Shown one piece after another: positions 26,891 to 36,600 of a stretch of DNA of 64,000 nucleotides. Both the position numbers and the translations under genes were made by a program. The DNA is from a virus. The stretch covers positions 1-64,000 of IMG/VR virus record IMGVR_UViG_3300031963_000063; one strand, written 5' to 3'. The notes under the pieces are model-generated. The model was given only the letters and a program-made list of their open reading frames with translations, did not search any database and was not told the DNA's origin. Numbering within the stretch: position 1 is the stretch's first letter; each line of letters starts with the position of its first letter.

Positions 26891-26943
26891 ATTATACCCC
26901 TATTCATAGTATATAGGTAGTTTTGTGTGTATTTCCTGATACA
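26891..26943 (-). promoter_or_regulatory. NtcA-type box plus -10 element
   Basis: TGTA-TCAGGAAA-TACA (GTA-N8-TAC at 26929-26942); TATAAT at 26891-26896, 10 nt before aptamer 1. Confidence 0.72.
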
Positions 26944-27003
26944 ATTTTAAAAAACTTTAGAAACCAAAAATTTTGCCGGAAAAATTTCCCCCTATTTGGG
27001 GAA

Positions 27004-27357
27004 TCACTTCCTCTTTTTGGTTTTCGGTGCTTGATAACCCCACAGTTTAGGATTGATTCTACCATAACCAAAGTCAATACTCTTCAAATTCTCACGAAAC
27101 TTATCCCAGTACATATCAAACAATTTAGATCTCGTACCTCTTGTGAGATCAAAACAAATATTTTCTTCTACAAAATACTTGACAATATAAGCATCATTTG
27201 GTGCTTCTTTAGTGCAAACTTCAGCATACGAACCATTTTCAATCAGAACATCACACCCATAACGTGCTTTGCAATTCTCTTTTTCTGCTGGTGTCCAATA
27301 ATCCATATGCTTTTCCGTATTGTGGGGTTTTTCAACTACATCACGAACTTGACTCAT
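27004..27357 (-). CDS. Conserved cyanophage hypothetical protein
   Basis: LFDMYWDKF...GYGRINPKLWGY; ATGA overlap with the upstream gene. Confidence 0.78.
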   Translation of the reverse strand: MSQVRDVVEKPHNTEKHMDYWTPAEKENCKARYGCDVLIENGSYAEVCTKEAPNDAYIVKYFVEENICFDLTRGTRSKLFDMYWDKFRENLKSIDFGYGRINPKLWGYQAPKTKKRK

Positions 27358-27953
27358 GAACGACCTCCCCACCTAATTTGAGGAAATGCTTCTGAAACAA
27401 TTTCTTTTGTAATTTTATATTTTTCTTGCAGTTTTTTGTCTTTAACCAGGCAAATAATTTCTGCTTCAAGAGGATGAAGACCTTGTAAAAGATTAATAAA
27501 CATTGACTCACGCCGAATAGCACTCATACTATCGTTACCACCTTTGATAAAATGATAGAAGTGCTTGAACTCTTTACGAATTGTGGTTCTTGCTTGAGTA
27601 TCAGATACTCCTAGAGAGAAAGAACCTGATTCATACATGGCACGAATCTCTTCTGTAATCTTAGTTGAAAGAGTTCCACTATGAACGGTCTGATCATCAT
27701 AACTTGAATAAGGAACTGGTCCATCAGGAAGCATCGTGATGATAGATTCATCAAAATTCCAAATCAAAAGAGCCCGAATTGAATCGTGGTTATATTTCTG
27801 AAGTAATTCTACTTTCTTTTCTTTAGATCTTTGTTTTGAGATTAAATCAAAAATTTCAAAAGCAAGAGGATTATTGGGAAGTTCTACAATAGGAGTTTCT
27901 TTTACTGCCTTTGTTTTACTCGTCGTTGTCTTCTTCTGTGTCGTCGTAGTCAT
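27354..27953 (-). CDS. Conserved T4-like hypothetical protein
   Basis: LIWNFDESI...LPDGPVPY...RRESMFINLLQGLHPLEAEII...KDKKL. Confidence 0.82.
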   Translation of the reverse strand: MTTTTQKKTTTSKTKAVKETPIVELPNNPLAFEIFDLISKQRSKEKKVELLQKYNHDSIRALLIWNFDESIITMLPDGPVPYSSYDDQTVHSGTLSTKITEEIRAMYESGSFSLGVSDTQARTTIRKEFKHFYHFIKGGNDSMSAIRRESMFINLLQGLHPLEAEIICLVKDKKLQEKYKITKEIVSEAFPQIRWGGRS

Positions 27954-28146
27954 GATAGTTCTCAAAATTAAATGCAATCACCTCATCTGGAATCAGGTTA
28001 CCCTGGTTATCAAACATCTCGGGGTGAGGTCTTGGAATTTCCCGATAGTTCATCATATATTCTCGTGCTACCCAACCCGCCATTACTCCCACTATAAGAA
28101 ACAAAACGGTTAGAAAGGAACCGAAAACTAAACTAACTGCGAGCAT
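27916..28146 (-). CDS. Small membrane protein
   Basis: N-terminal transmembrane helix, then HPEMFDNQGNLIPDEVIAFNFE. Confidence 0.75.
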   Translation of the reverse strand: MLAVSLVFGSFLTVLFLIVGVMAGWVAREYMMNYREIPRPHPEMFDNQGNLIPDEVIAFNFENYHDYDDTEEDNDE

Positions 28147-28387
28147 TTCTTTTACCTCGGGAAACTACTTTTCTTTTCCTGGACTTAAAGGAAAATTCAA
28201 AATAGATGGTTACTTCCCGATTGAGAAAGCAAACCATCTTCTCAAAGATGAAGATGATGTGGAACGGTTGAGTCTGCTTTCTTTTGCCTCCATGAAGAAT
28301 AAGTTCAACACCACGATTTCTATGGTTGGAATTATTTATGTCACTGTTTAATGATTTGTTGTTCTTTGAGGAATTTGATTGTGTCAA
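28133..28387 (-). CDS. Possible small basic hypothetical protein
   Basis: Fills the gap between glutaredoxin and the membrane protein; start uncertain. Confidence 0.4.
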   Translation of the reverse strand: MTQSNSSKNNKSLNSDINNSNHRNRGVELILHGGKRKQTQPFHIIFIFEKMVCFLNREVTIYFEFSFKSRKRKVVSRGKRNARS

Positions 28388-28583
28388 CGGATCCTCCTAA
28401 TTTTTTATCATCACAAATAACTTGTGGAAATGTAGAACCTTCACCAAATTCAGAATAAAATTCTTCTTTAGTAAAGTGTTCATTAAGATTATATACCACA
28501 AAGCTACTTCCTGTCAATTCCAATACTTGCTTAACTTTATAGCAATATGGACAATCTTCTTTTGAATAGACTGTAAAATTCAT
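28341..28583 (-). CDS. nrdC: Glutaredoxin
   Basis: CPYC active site; TFPQV; LGG. Confidence 0.92.
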   Translation of the reverse strand: MNFTVYSKEDCPYCYKVKQVLELTGSSFVVYNLNEHFTKEEFYSEFGEGSTFPQVICDDKKLGGSVDTIKFLKEQQIIKQ

Positions 28584-28616
28584 AATTTTTTGACGACTTA
28601 TATTAATTTATAAGAG

Positions 28617-28713
28617 AAAAAAGGAGGGTTTAAACCCTCCTACTAACCACCAACTCACCTCTCCCACCACAGAGAGGGTCTTCATTCCCAAAGATACAAG
28701 GATGTTGAAGACT
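28617..28713 (-). ncRNA. Standalone ~95-nt small RNA with two hairpins and an intrinsic terminator
   Basis: Directly downstream of a consensus sigma70 promoter, no credible ORF; stems GTCTTCA/TGAAGAC and CCTCTCT/GGAGAGG; terminator AGGAGGG-TTTAAA-CCCTCCT plus T-run. Confidence 0.75.
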
Positions 28714-28718
28714 TGATT

Positions 28719-28747
28719 ATTATAAAGGGTTTTATTGTGGTTGTCAA
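28719..28747 (-). promoter_or_regulatory. Consensus sigma70 promoter of the sRNA
   Basis: TTGACA-17 nt-TATAAT. Confidence 0.9.
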
Positions 28748-28941
28748 CCCTCTTCCGAAGATTCGGGAGTAATATCAGGCACTGGATGAGTGATAGTTAT
28801 TTCTATTTTATGTTCTGGTCCATGCTCTTCTAACATTTGTGTCACTTGTTCGATTGTATAACCAGTATCATTTGCTGGGTCTGCAGTCAAATGATAAACA
28901 TGCATCAAAGGCATGGTAAGTGTTTCAGTTCTTGTTGCCAT
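28744..28941 (-). CDS. Small acidic hypothetical protein ending the glyco operon
   Basis: ORF track; 1-nt spacing after the GT gene. Confidence 0.65.
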   Translation of the reverse strand: MATRTETLTMPLMHVYHLTADPANDTGYTIEQVTQMLEEHGPEHKIEITITHPVPDITPESSEEG

Positions 28942-28942
28942 T

Positions 28943-29971
28943 TTAATTTTTCCTCCAAAGTTCTTTTGAAAACTGGACCCAATCTTCTATTCGGGTATCC
29001 CAGCTGTACTGTTTATTTATTACTTCAACTTGATATTGTGAATCAAATTGACCAGTTCGGTATTCCGTAAGTGTTCTTTTTAGTTCTCTAGTAAATCTTT
29101 CAATATGTTTTTTTCTGTCTGGAATAAACCCATAATGACGAGAAAATCCCATTCCAGTTTCTGGAAGAGCACCAAGATTACTGGTGAGAACAGAACATCC
29201 AGCAGAAAGTGCTTCGATCATGCAAATGCATGATGTTTCTAGAAAATAAGTTGGGTACGCAAAGATATGCGTATTCATAAGTTGCTCTCTAATTTTTGAG
29301 TTATTTGTTCTAGTGTGGCGAACAACTCTTTTATCAGCATTGGCAAGTCTTAAACAATAACGAAGAAACTCTTCCTCTTGAGGAAGAACATGAGAATACT
29401 CATAAGTCTGAAGTCCTTGCTGATATTGTTTTTTACGTTCATCTGGATCAAGTTCATGAAAAATATGAAGTTCAAAATCTTCCTCTGGAATAAGTTTAAT
29501 TGATTCAAGAAGAATATCTAAACCACGAATTGGATTCGGATGAAATATTAACTGCAATTTACCATCGGGTTTTTTGTGAGGTTCAAAAGGTTTAATCGCA
29601 TTTTTCAAAACATAACATTTTTCCATTGGCATTTTGAAAGCTTCCATGAACCTTTCATATTGCCAATTAGAAACGAAGACAAATGCTTTGAAATATTTTA
29701 CAAATTGAGGATCCATTAGATTCTCAAGATCTTGCTCTACATGATGAGGATGCAACCAGACAATATTTGAATTGTCTGGTGCGATTACATTATCTCCAGG
29801 TATGACACACCAATGCCAATCAGCAAGATCTGGTGCTGCTGGAAGAACAAGGTCTTGCCATGCACGACCCATGATTTCTGTCCCACCAACCCCATCAGGG
29901 TTGAGCACTGCCTCAAGAAGAGGTGGCATATTGTTATGCAGATATTCTGGTTTTGTATTAACTTCAGTCAT
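28943..29971 (-). CDS. GT-B (GT4-like) glycosyltransferase
   Basis: GGTE; FVFVSNWQ; RGLDILL; YPTYFLETSCICMIEALSAG...GALPET (EX7E motif). Confidence 0.88.
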   Translation of the reverse strand: MTEVNTKPEYLHNNMPPLLEAVLNPDGVGGTEIMGRAWQDLVLPAAPDLADWHWCVIPGDNVIAPDNSNIVWLHPHHVEQDLENLMDPQFVKYFKAFVFVSNWQYERFMEAFKMPMEKCYVLKNAIKPFEPHKKPDGKLQLIFHPNPIRGLDILLESIKLIPEEDFELHIFHELDPDERKKQYQQGLQTYEYSHVLPQEEEFLRYCLRLANADKRVVRHTRTNNSKIREQLMNTHIFAYPTYFLETSCICMIEALSAGCSVLTSNLGALPETGMGFSRHYGFIPDRKKHIERFTRELKRTLTEYRTGQFDSQYQVEVINKQYSWDTRIEDWVQFSKELWRKN

Positions 29972-30810
29972 AGTACCTCCTCAATAAATTTAGACATTGG
30001 CGATTTCTTAAAGATTTCAAGACCCCTTTCTGCCTGAGCATCAAGTTCTTCTGGTTTTTTAAGAAGTTTGTATGCTGTATCAACAAAACGATTGTAAGTT
30101 GATGTAAATACTGTACCCTCCATGTACTCAGGGAAATCAGTGTCATGATTTCTTTCAGAAAGAACGGGAACTTTATTTTGAATAAGATGTGTCACTCTTA
30201 CCATCTCAAAGATTTGATTATCCATATTATGGAGATTGATAACTAACTTTGCTCTTTTAATAAGTTCATCTCTTTCATCTCCATAGGTACTTTGAATATG
30301 CATAAAATTTATTTTTTTATTTGATGCAAATTGATCTAAAATATGAGTTCTTCTTGGAGTTGGACACCCATAAAAAAGAATGTCAATATCACGATCTTCT
30401 GGTTTGTTTCTTTCAAAGTAGGAAATTTCAGGAACGTAACCGATCTTACAGTGCTTAATATTTTCTACACCTACTTTACGTAATATCTCAACATTTCGCA
30501 TTGAATAATCCCACACTTCAAGACCACGATATTTGCGGCACCAACGTAAACATTCTGGTCCGTCTTTCATCTGTTCAAGAGAATAGACGATTGTATCTTT
30601 TGGAATATCATGCCTCACCACATCTACTGGACAGTGGTGCATTCCAAAGACAATATTTTTCTTATCGGTAGCAAAATCATTTACACTATTTGTAACATCA
30701 TGTCCCAACTCTTGTAAAGAAAAGAACATTGCTGCTTCAATCTCATGAAAGACTTGAGAGTGAACATAAAAACCATTATCAGGTACAATTCTTACTAAAT
30801 TAAATTTCAT
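29968..30810 (-). CDS. Glycosyltransferase-like protein (GT-B C-terminal domain)
   Basis: VWDYS; DIDILFYG...RR; YGDERDELIKRAKLVINLH...FEMVRV...VLSE. Start MKFNLV at about 30810. Confidence 0.72.
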   Translation of the reverse strand: MKFNLVRIVPDNGFYVHSQVFHEIEAAMFFSLQELGHDVTNSVNDFATDKKNIVFGMHHCPVDVVRHDIPKDTIVYSLEQMKDGPECLRWCRKYRGLEVWDYSMRNVEILRKVGVENIKHCKIGYVPEISYFERNKPEDRDIDILFYGCPTPRRTHILDQFASNKKINFMHIQSTYGDERDELIKRAKLVINLHNMDNQIFEMVRVTHLIQNKVPVLSERNHDTDFPEYMEGTVFTSTYNRFVDTAYKLLKKPEELDAQAERGLEIFKKSPMSKFIEEVL

Positions 30811-32227
30811 GAATAAACTCTCCAAAATTCTTTTTAATTTCATCAATTAAATTTATATCCGCACAAATAACACCCAATCCATTACAATGACCAAAATTTG
30901 TTTTTGGTATATTGATTTCTTTAAAAAACTCACCTACACCAAAATCTTTGACCATAGTATCATGCATTATTATTATGCCATTTTTCTTTACAAATTTTGT
31001 CCATTTTTCAAAATCATTTTTAACTGCTTCATAAGTATGCAGTCCATCAATATGAAGGACATCAATTTGCTTATCCCAGTTTTTAACTACATCATCAAAG
31101 AATCCTTTAATAAAAGTAATATTATTCAGTTCAAGTTCTTTTTGCTTCTCTAAAACATAATCATAGGTATTTCTAATTCCCGCATGTTGATCTCCTTCAA
31201 AACTATCAATACCATAAATGTGTCCAATCTCTGGAAGTGCGAAGCAAAATGTAGAATAACCATAATCAACACCTAAGTCTACCACAACTTCTGGTTGAAC
31301 TCTACGAATTAACCAGTCAGCAAAAAGTCTGTGATCTCTCCAGTTAAAATTGCCCATAGAACCAATTTCTGTGAGAGTATGAACTTTGCTATATCGACGA
31401 TTTTCTTCATCACTCTTTATACTTTCATCATACATCTCTCTCGGATAATAAATGAAATATCTTTCCAGACCTTGATTATCATACTGATGATGACGACGAT
31501 AATGAAAGCAATGTTGTTTTGGAATACCAGTTGCCATCCAAAGTTCAAAACAATAACGATAGTTTTGTAGCTCTCTCATCATTGCTTCAACATCCATGTA
31601 CTCTTCAATCTTAAGTGGATGCTTCAGTTTGCGGATGTAATCATTTCGTGCCCACCAGAAGTTTCCTGCATAGTGTTGAACAACAAAATCAAGTTTAATA
31701 TCGTGCCGTTCTACCCAATCAACACCACAACAATCATATCCCTCATCTAATTTAGCAATACAGTCCTCCCACTTTTCAATGTTGTAATACTGCATATAGT
31801 GTCTCCAGTCCTTAATCGCACCAGGAATATGGGTTGAATAAGAAACCATTCCTTTATTATGGAAGTAAAAAACATATCCATCATCTTCTTGGCAGTGATC
31901 ATAAATTTTTGCAAGAGTCTGACCCTCATAAAAATTTGGTTGTTCACCTACAGACCTCATATCAATAATATTAACAAATGGATATCTATCTTTTATATAA
32001 CCAGTTACCATCTGGTCATAGGAATGTCCAGTTTTAGAATTATAAAGACCTAAAGGTAGAGTAATACACATATTAATGATTGCCTTCTCAGAAAGACCAA
32101 CCGTTTTTAGTAAACTCATTTGTTCATCAACCCACCAGATCCACATATTATTAGTGTCTGGTATATAAAGATGGTAAAATACCGTGATAGTTTTTGGTAT
32201 CTGCTTTTCGTTCTTATAATTTAACAT
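30800..32227 (-). CDS. Fusion of a putative glycosyltransferase-like domain and a class I SAM methyltransferase (Methyltransf_24-like)
   Basis: N-terminal YFHNKG...HYAGNFWWA domain; C-terminal VVDLGVDYGYS...GIDSF...LHIDGLHTYEAV..D...HD. Confidence 0.78.
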   Translation of the reverse strand: MLNYKNEKQIPKTITVFYHLYIPDTNNMWIWWVDEQMSLLKTVGLSEKAIINMCITLPLGLYNSKTGHSYDQMVTGYIKDRYPFVNIIDMRSVGEQPNFYEGQTLAKIYDHCQEDDGYVFYFHNKGMVSYSTHIPGAIKDWRHYMQYYNIEKWEDCIAKLDEGYDCCGVDWVERHDIKLDFVVQHYAGNFWWARNDYIRKLKHPLKIEEYMDVEAMMRELQNYRYCFELWMATGIPKQHCFHYRRHHQYDNQGLERYFIYYPREMYDESIKSDEENRRYSKVHTLTEIGSMGNFNWRDHRLFADWLIRRVQPEVVVDLGVDYGYSTFCFALPEIGHIYGIDSFEGDQHAGIRNTYDYVLEKQKELELNNITFIKGFFDDVVKNWDKQIDVLHIDGLHTYEAVKNDFEKWTKFVKKNGIIIMHDTMVKDFGVGEFFKEINIPKTNFGHCNGLGVICADINLIDEIKKNFGEFIHEI

Positions 32228-32913
32228 ACAATAGCACTCTTAACGTGACCAACAATTACTGAAGGATCTACATAAACATTATAACCACTTTCGGTTACTC
32301 TTTCACAAAAATATAAATCTTCTCCTAGTGGAAGTTCATAATTAACACCATCAACCTCTTGAATAACTTTTCCAAGTCCAAACCAAGGTCTTTTAAGTGA
32401 TTCGAAAACACCAAATTTTACACACATGAAACCCAATCCAACACCATAGACTGGTATTGGAGTTTCATTTTTTTGCAATTCTTTTAATTCTTCTCTTGTC
32501 ATTGGTCGAAAATCATTCTTTTTACGATGGACCATAGCATCCATTCCTCTAGATTCAAAATATATTCCAGAAATTAAATCTTTATCCGAAACAAGAAGTT
32601 TTAAAAAATGTTCTGGATTCCAAACGATATCACTATCAATCATAAAAAGTTTATCGTAAGTGTATAGATGCTTTCCAGGAGAAGAATTGAAAACTTCTAA
32701 GTTACGACTTCCAGTGATAGTAGCCTCTCTTGCATTTGTAACTAGAGAGGCGTGTTCACTTTGATAAAACCAAGAAATTTTATTTTCTTGAAGGGTTTGA
32801 ATTGTTGCCATTAAACATTTTACATATTCGGCACACATTTTATCCCCAGGTGTTGTAATAACCACATTATAATGTGGTTTCTGTTGCTTTACTTGATTAG
32901 AATAATTTAACAT
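32221..32913 (-). CDS. GT-A (GT2-like) glycosyltransferase
   Basis: FMIDSDIVW (DxD); GLGFMCVK.GVFE; GEDLYFC; VGHVK. Confidence 0.82.
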   Translation of the reverse strand: MLNYSNQVKQQKPHYNVVITTPGDKMCAEYVKCLMATIQTLQENKISWFYQSEHASLVTNAREATITGSRNLEVFNSSPGKHLYTYDKLFMIDSDIVWNPEHFLKLLVSDKDLISGIYFESRGMDAMVHRKKNDFRPMTREELKELQKNETPIPVYGVGLGFMCVKFGVFESLKRPWFGLGKVIQEVDGVNYELPLGEDLYFCERVTESGYNVYVDPSVIVGHVKSAIVC

Positions 32914-32917
32914 GTTT

Positions 32918-33637
32918 TTAAATAATTATCATTTTTTGATGTCCAACACGTACTTTTGGATTAACCCAAATATCAAATCCGTGCTTTCTAAATTCTTCAC
33001 ACATAGAAATGTCCTCAGACCCAACATCTTGTAAAATTACACCATCTGGTCTTTTTAATTCAACAACACGAGGAACAAACCAAGGATAAGGAATTTTTTC
33101 ATATACACCTTTTTTAATTAAAATCCAACCAAATCCACAATAATCAACCTTAAAGGGTTCGGATCGTCTTGCCATATCTTCTGCTGTTTCATATCTATTT
33201 GATCCTTTTTCGTAAAGTTCTTGATCATCTTCATGCTCTACAACGGTCGTTTTATTAGTTACTAATCCACCATTTGACTGCAAATACCATCCAGAAGCAA
33301 CATCTTTATTCATTTTGATAAGTTCAAGAAGGTCCTCTGTTGTAAAAATAATATCACTATCGATCCACATAATATAGTCATATGGAATTTTTCCCCTAAA
33401 AGGCGTTAACATTGTTCCAGCATAATTATCTGCTTCCAGACAATCACTCCTTGCATGATTGACCATTGAGCTATATTTTTGAGAAATATAAAAATTAATA
33501 CCCAATTGATTTAGATCAAAAATTAATTTTATAAATTGCGTCATGAAAGTTCCAGAGTACATTAGACCTGGAAGACAAAATGCTATTGTCTTTCCTTTCA
33601 AACTATTATTCGATTGATTTGTATAATTTAGAGGCAT
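32918..33637 (-). CDS. GT-A (GT2-like) glycosyltransferase, paralog of the previous gene
   Basis: MWIDSDIIF; GFGWILIKKGVYE..PWF; SEDISMC; VGHQK. Confidence 0.82.
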   Translation of the reverse strand: MPLNYTNQSNNSLKGKTIAFCLPGLMYSGTFMTQFIKLIFDLNQLGINFYISQKYSSMVNHARSDCLEADNYAGTMLTPFRGKIPYDYIMWIDSDIIFTTEDLLELIKMNKDVASGWYLQSNGGLVTNKTTVVEHEDDQELYEKGSNRYETAEDMARRSEPFKVDYCGFGWILIKKGVYEKIPYPWFVPRVVELKRPDGVILQDVGSEDISMCEEFRKHGFDIWVNPKVRVGHQKMIII

Positions 33638-33683
33638 ACAATAAAGTCAATATAGAATTCATTATAACATAGTTATACAAGTT

Positions 33684-36600
33684 TTACCACCATGTAATTC
33701 GAATATATCCATCACCACCATTACCACCGAGTCCAAAAAAATCTTCCTCAGGTGCATAACCTCCGCCACCACCTCCGCCGCCTCCAGTGCCGCTTCCACC
33801 ATTTCCTGCACCATAGGCAGGTGATGTGTCTGCAAATGAATAAAAACCAGATAATCCAACCGCATATAATTTATTATTAGCCATTGCAGTATCCATTATG
33901 TCATTAAAAGTATTATTCCAAATTCCTCTCCAAACAATCAAATCTGTAGAGACTCTCAATACTCCCGAAGCCGCAGTAAGAGCATAATATCCACTCATAT
34001 AATTAATAGAATATATTGGCTGTACTGTTGCTGCAGTTCTAAGTTGCCAATGTATAGTATCAGTTGAAGATGCTAAAAATCCATTACCACCTCCAGTTAT
34101 AAAAATATTACTAGACTCATTAATAACCAAAGATCTCAATTCATTCGTGGTAGGAATTCCTGAAGTTCTCAGTACCCAATGAATTGCATCACTAGAAACA
34201 GACACTCTGGCGGCAGTGCCAGCAGTGATATATCTATGAGCAGTGCCTACAGATGCCCGAACTTTATAGTATGGGGGAGTATGTGCGCCAGTTCTTAAAG
34301 TCCAATGAATCGTATCTGTTGATGATGCCAGACGATTTGAACCAGTGAGTGCTGCAACCCATTTTTCTGTTACCAAATTATTGTAAGCTACAGAATAGAT
34401 GATCAGACCAGCCGAGGGAACTGTTCTTACACTCCAATTTACTCCAGAATTAGTAGATACTGCAAGACCACCAGCATTATTAAATGCCACTATATCAAAA
34501 GGTGCTCCTGCTGGAGGCGCATATAATAAAACGTCTCCGCCGCCAAAGACATAGGTAAGAGTCCAATCTGAACTTTGAACAGGTGAAGAATTAACAGCAT
34601 AATAATATCCCCCATTAATACTACCAACAAAGTATCTTCCCGAAGTATTAGATATCTCAATAGAACCATGACTATTGAAACTTAACGTTCTTGTATGCCA
34701 AGTATGAGGTCCTCTAGACTCTGCTCCGCCGCCACCTCCTCCACTACCAATATACATTACAGATGATAATGAGATCGCTGATGGTGCATTTAATGTTTGG
34801 GATAACTGCGCTTTTTGATTTATAGATAGATCAGCAGTTCCACCAAGACTAACACGACTAGTTTGATCATTATATGCTATTATACCAGCAGATCCACCTC
34901 TAGCAGATCCCCATCCACCACCCGCACCACCAGTTGATATATAAGAAAATGTACCAGCAATATTACTACCAGCACCGGCACTAGAACTTGGACTAACTCC
35001 ACCTTGACCACTTCTTGAAATTAAAAATCCTTTTTTTCCTGTAGGAGTAATGATTGCTCCAGCTCCTCCTCCGCCAGCTGCCGCAACACCACCAGATCCA
35101 GATGTTATAATAATTGATGCAGTGGTTGTTCCTAATTGAGAATGCTTATATACAAAATTTATCGAGGTATTACCACCAGATCCACCATTGCCATTGATAC
35201 CACCAACAGCTGCAATTGTGGTTCCATCCGAATCAATTGATGTAATTGATTTAGTTGCAAATAATGCAGTTCTATTAGACCAGTGAATTGTATCTGTTGA
35301 AGTAGCCAATTGCCCTAGACTATTTCCTGCAATATAAAGATTTGAACTAATAGAATTTACAATATTAGTAACGCCAGTAAATCCAGGAACAGTTCTTAAA
35401 GACCATTGAATTCCATCTGTAGAAACTATGAATTGATTAGTAGTTTGTGTAAAAGATGCAAAATATTTAAATGCAGATGTAAAAGAACTGGCGGTAATAT
35501 TATTAATAGTATTAATAGTTCCGGATGTTCTTGCAGTCCAGTGAATTGCATCAGTTGAAGATCGTATAAGACTTGAATTTCCTAAAATAAAGAGAGAATC
35601 TTTAAAAGCAAGAAATGTACTATTAACACCGATAGATGCACCTACAGTTCTATTAGTCCAGTGAATTGTGTTCGTCGAAGTAACATATCCACCAGAAGTA
35701 GTAGCGACCAGATATACTGTTCCTGTTGTATTTGTACCCTCAGATATAGAAGTAACATTGCCAGAAACATTTGATCCAAGAGTTCTTAAAGACCATTGAA
35801 TTCCATTTGTGGAGGTAGCAAGATGTCTATTTAGAAATGACGTACTTAGCATAGATATTGAACTCAATTTTGAATTAAAAACCTTACTGACTTCATTACC
35901 TGCTAAAGTTCTTAAGGACCAATTAATACCATTTGTGGATGTAATTGGACCAAAGGGTCCACCAATGATAAATTTCATATTAGAACTATATGAAATGGCA
36001 GAAAGTGTTGCACTATTAGTCGCAAGACCAGATCTTCCTTGAGTCCAAATGATACCATCTGTGCTGATGGATACACCTCGATTATTGCCACCCACACCAC
36101 CAGATCCAACAGTTAGATTTAACCAATCCAATCCATATAAATCACGATCTATAATATAAGATTCATAAGCACCCGAACCGCCGCCAGCACCAGCATAAGA
36201 TCCAAAGAAAGAAGCCCCAACTGATGCAGATGCACCACCACCTCCTGCACCCATTGCTTCAATATACAAAGTAGAAGCTGATCGTGGAATATTAAATGTA
36301 TATGAACCAGGTATATCATAAAGCACTGAACCTCTTGCACTTTCCGTAGTTCCTTTTTTAGGAACCCATTTTTTAGAAGCTATATTAGAAGTTACAATTT
36401 TTCCGGTTTGTAAAGGTGTACTACTACCATTTAAAAGTAGAATGTTTTTACTATTTGAATAATGTAAATCAGAAAAATAAGTAAAAGTTCCTATATTAAT
36501 AGTTGTTTTCAAACCCCAATGAATTGTATCTGTTGAACTATGTACAGATGTTGTATTAAAACTCGATAGAGCAAAAGCCTGATTGTTAGCACTAACAACG

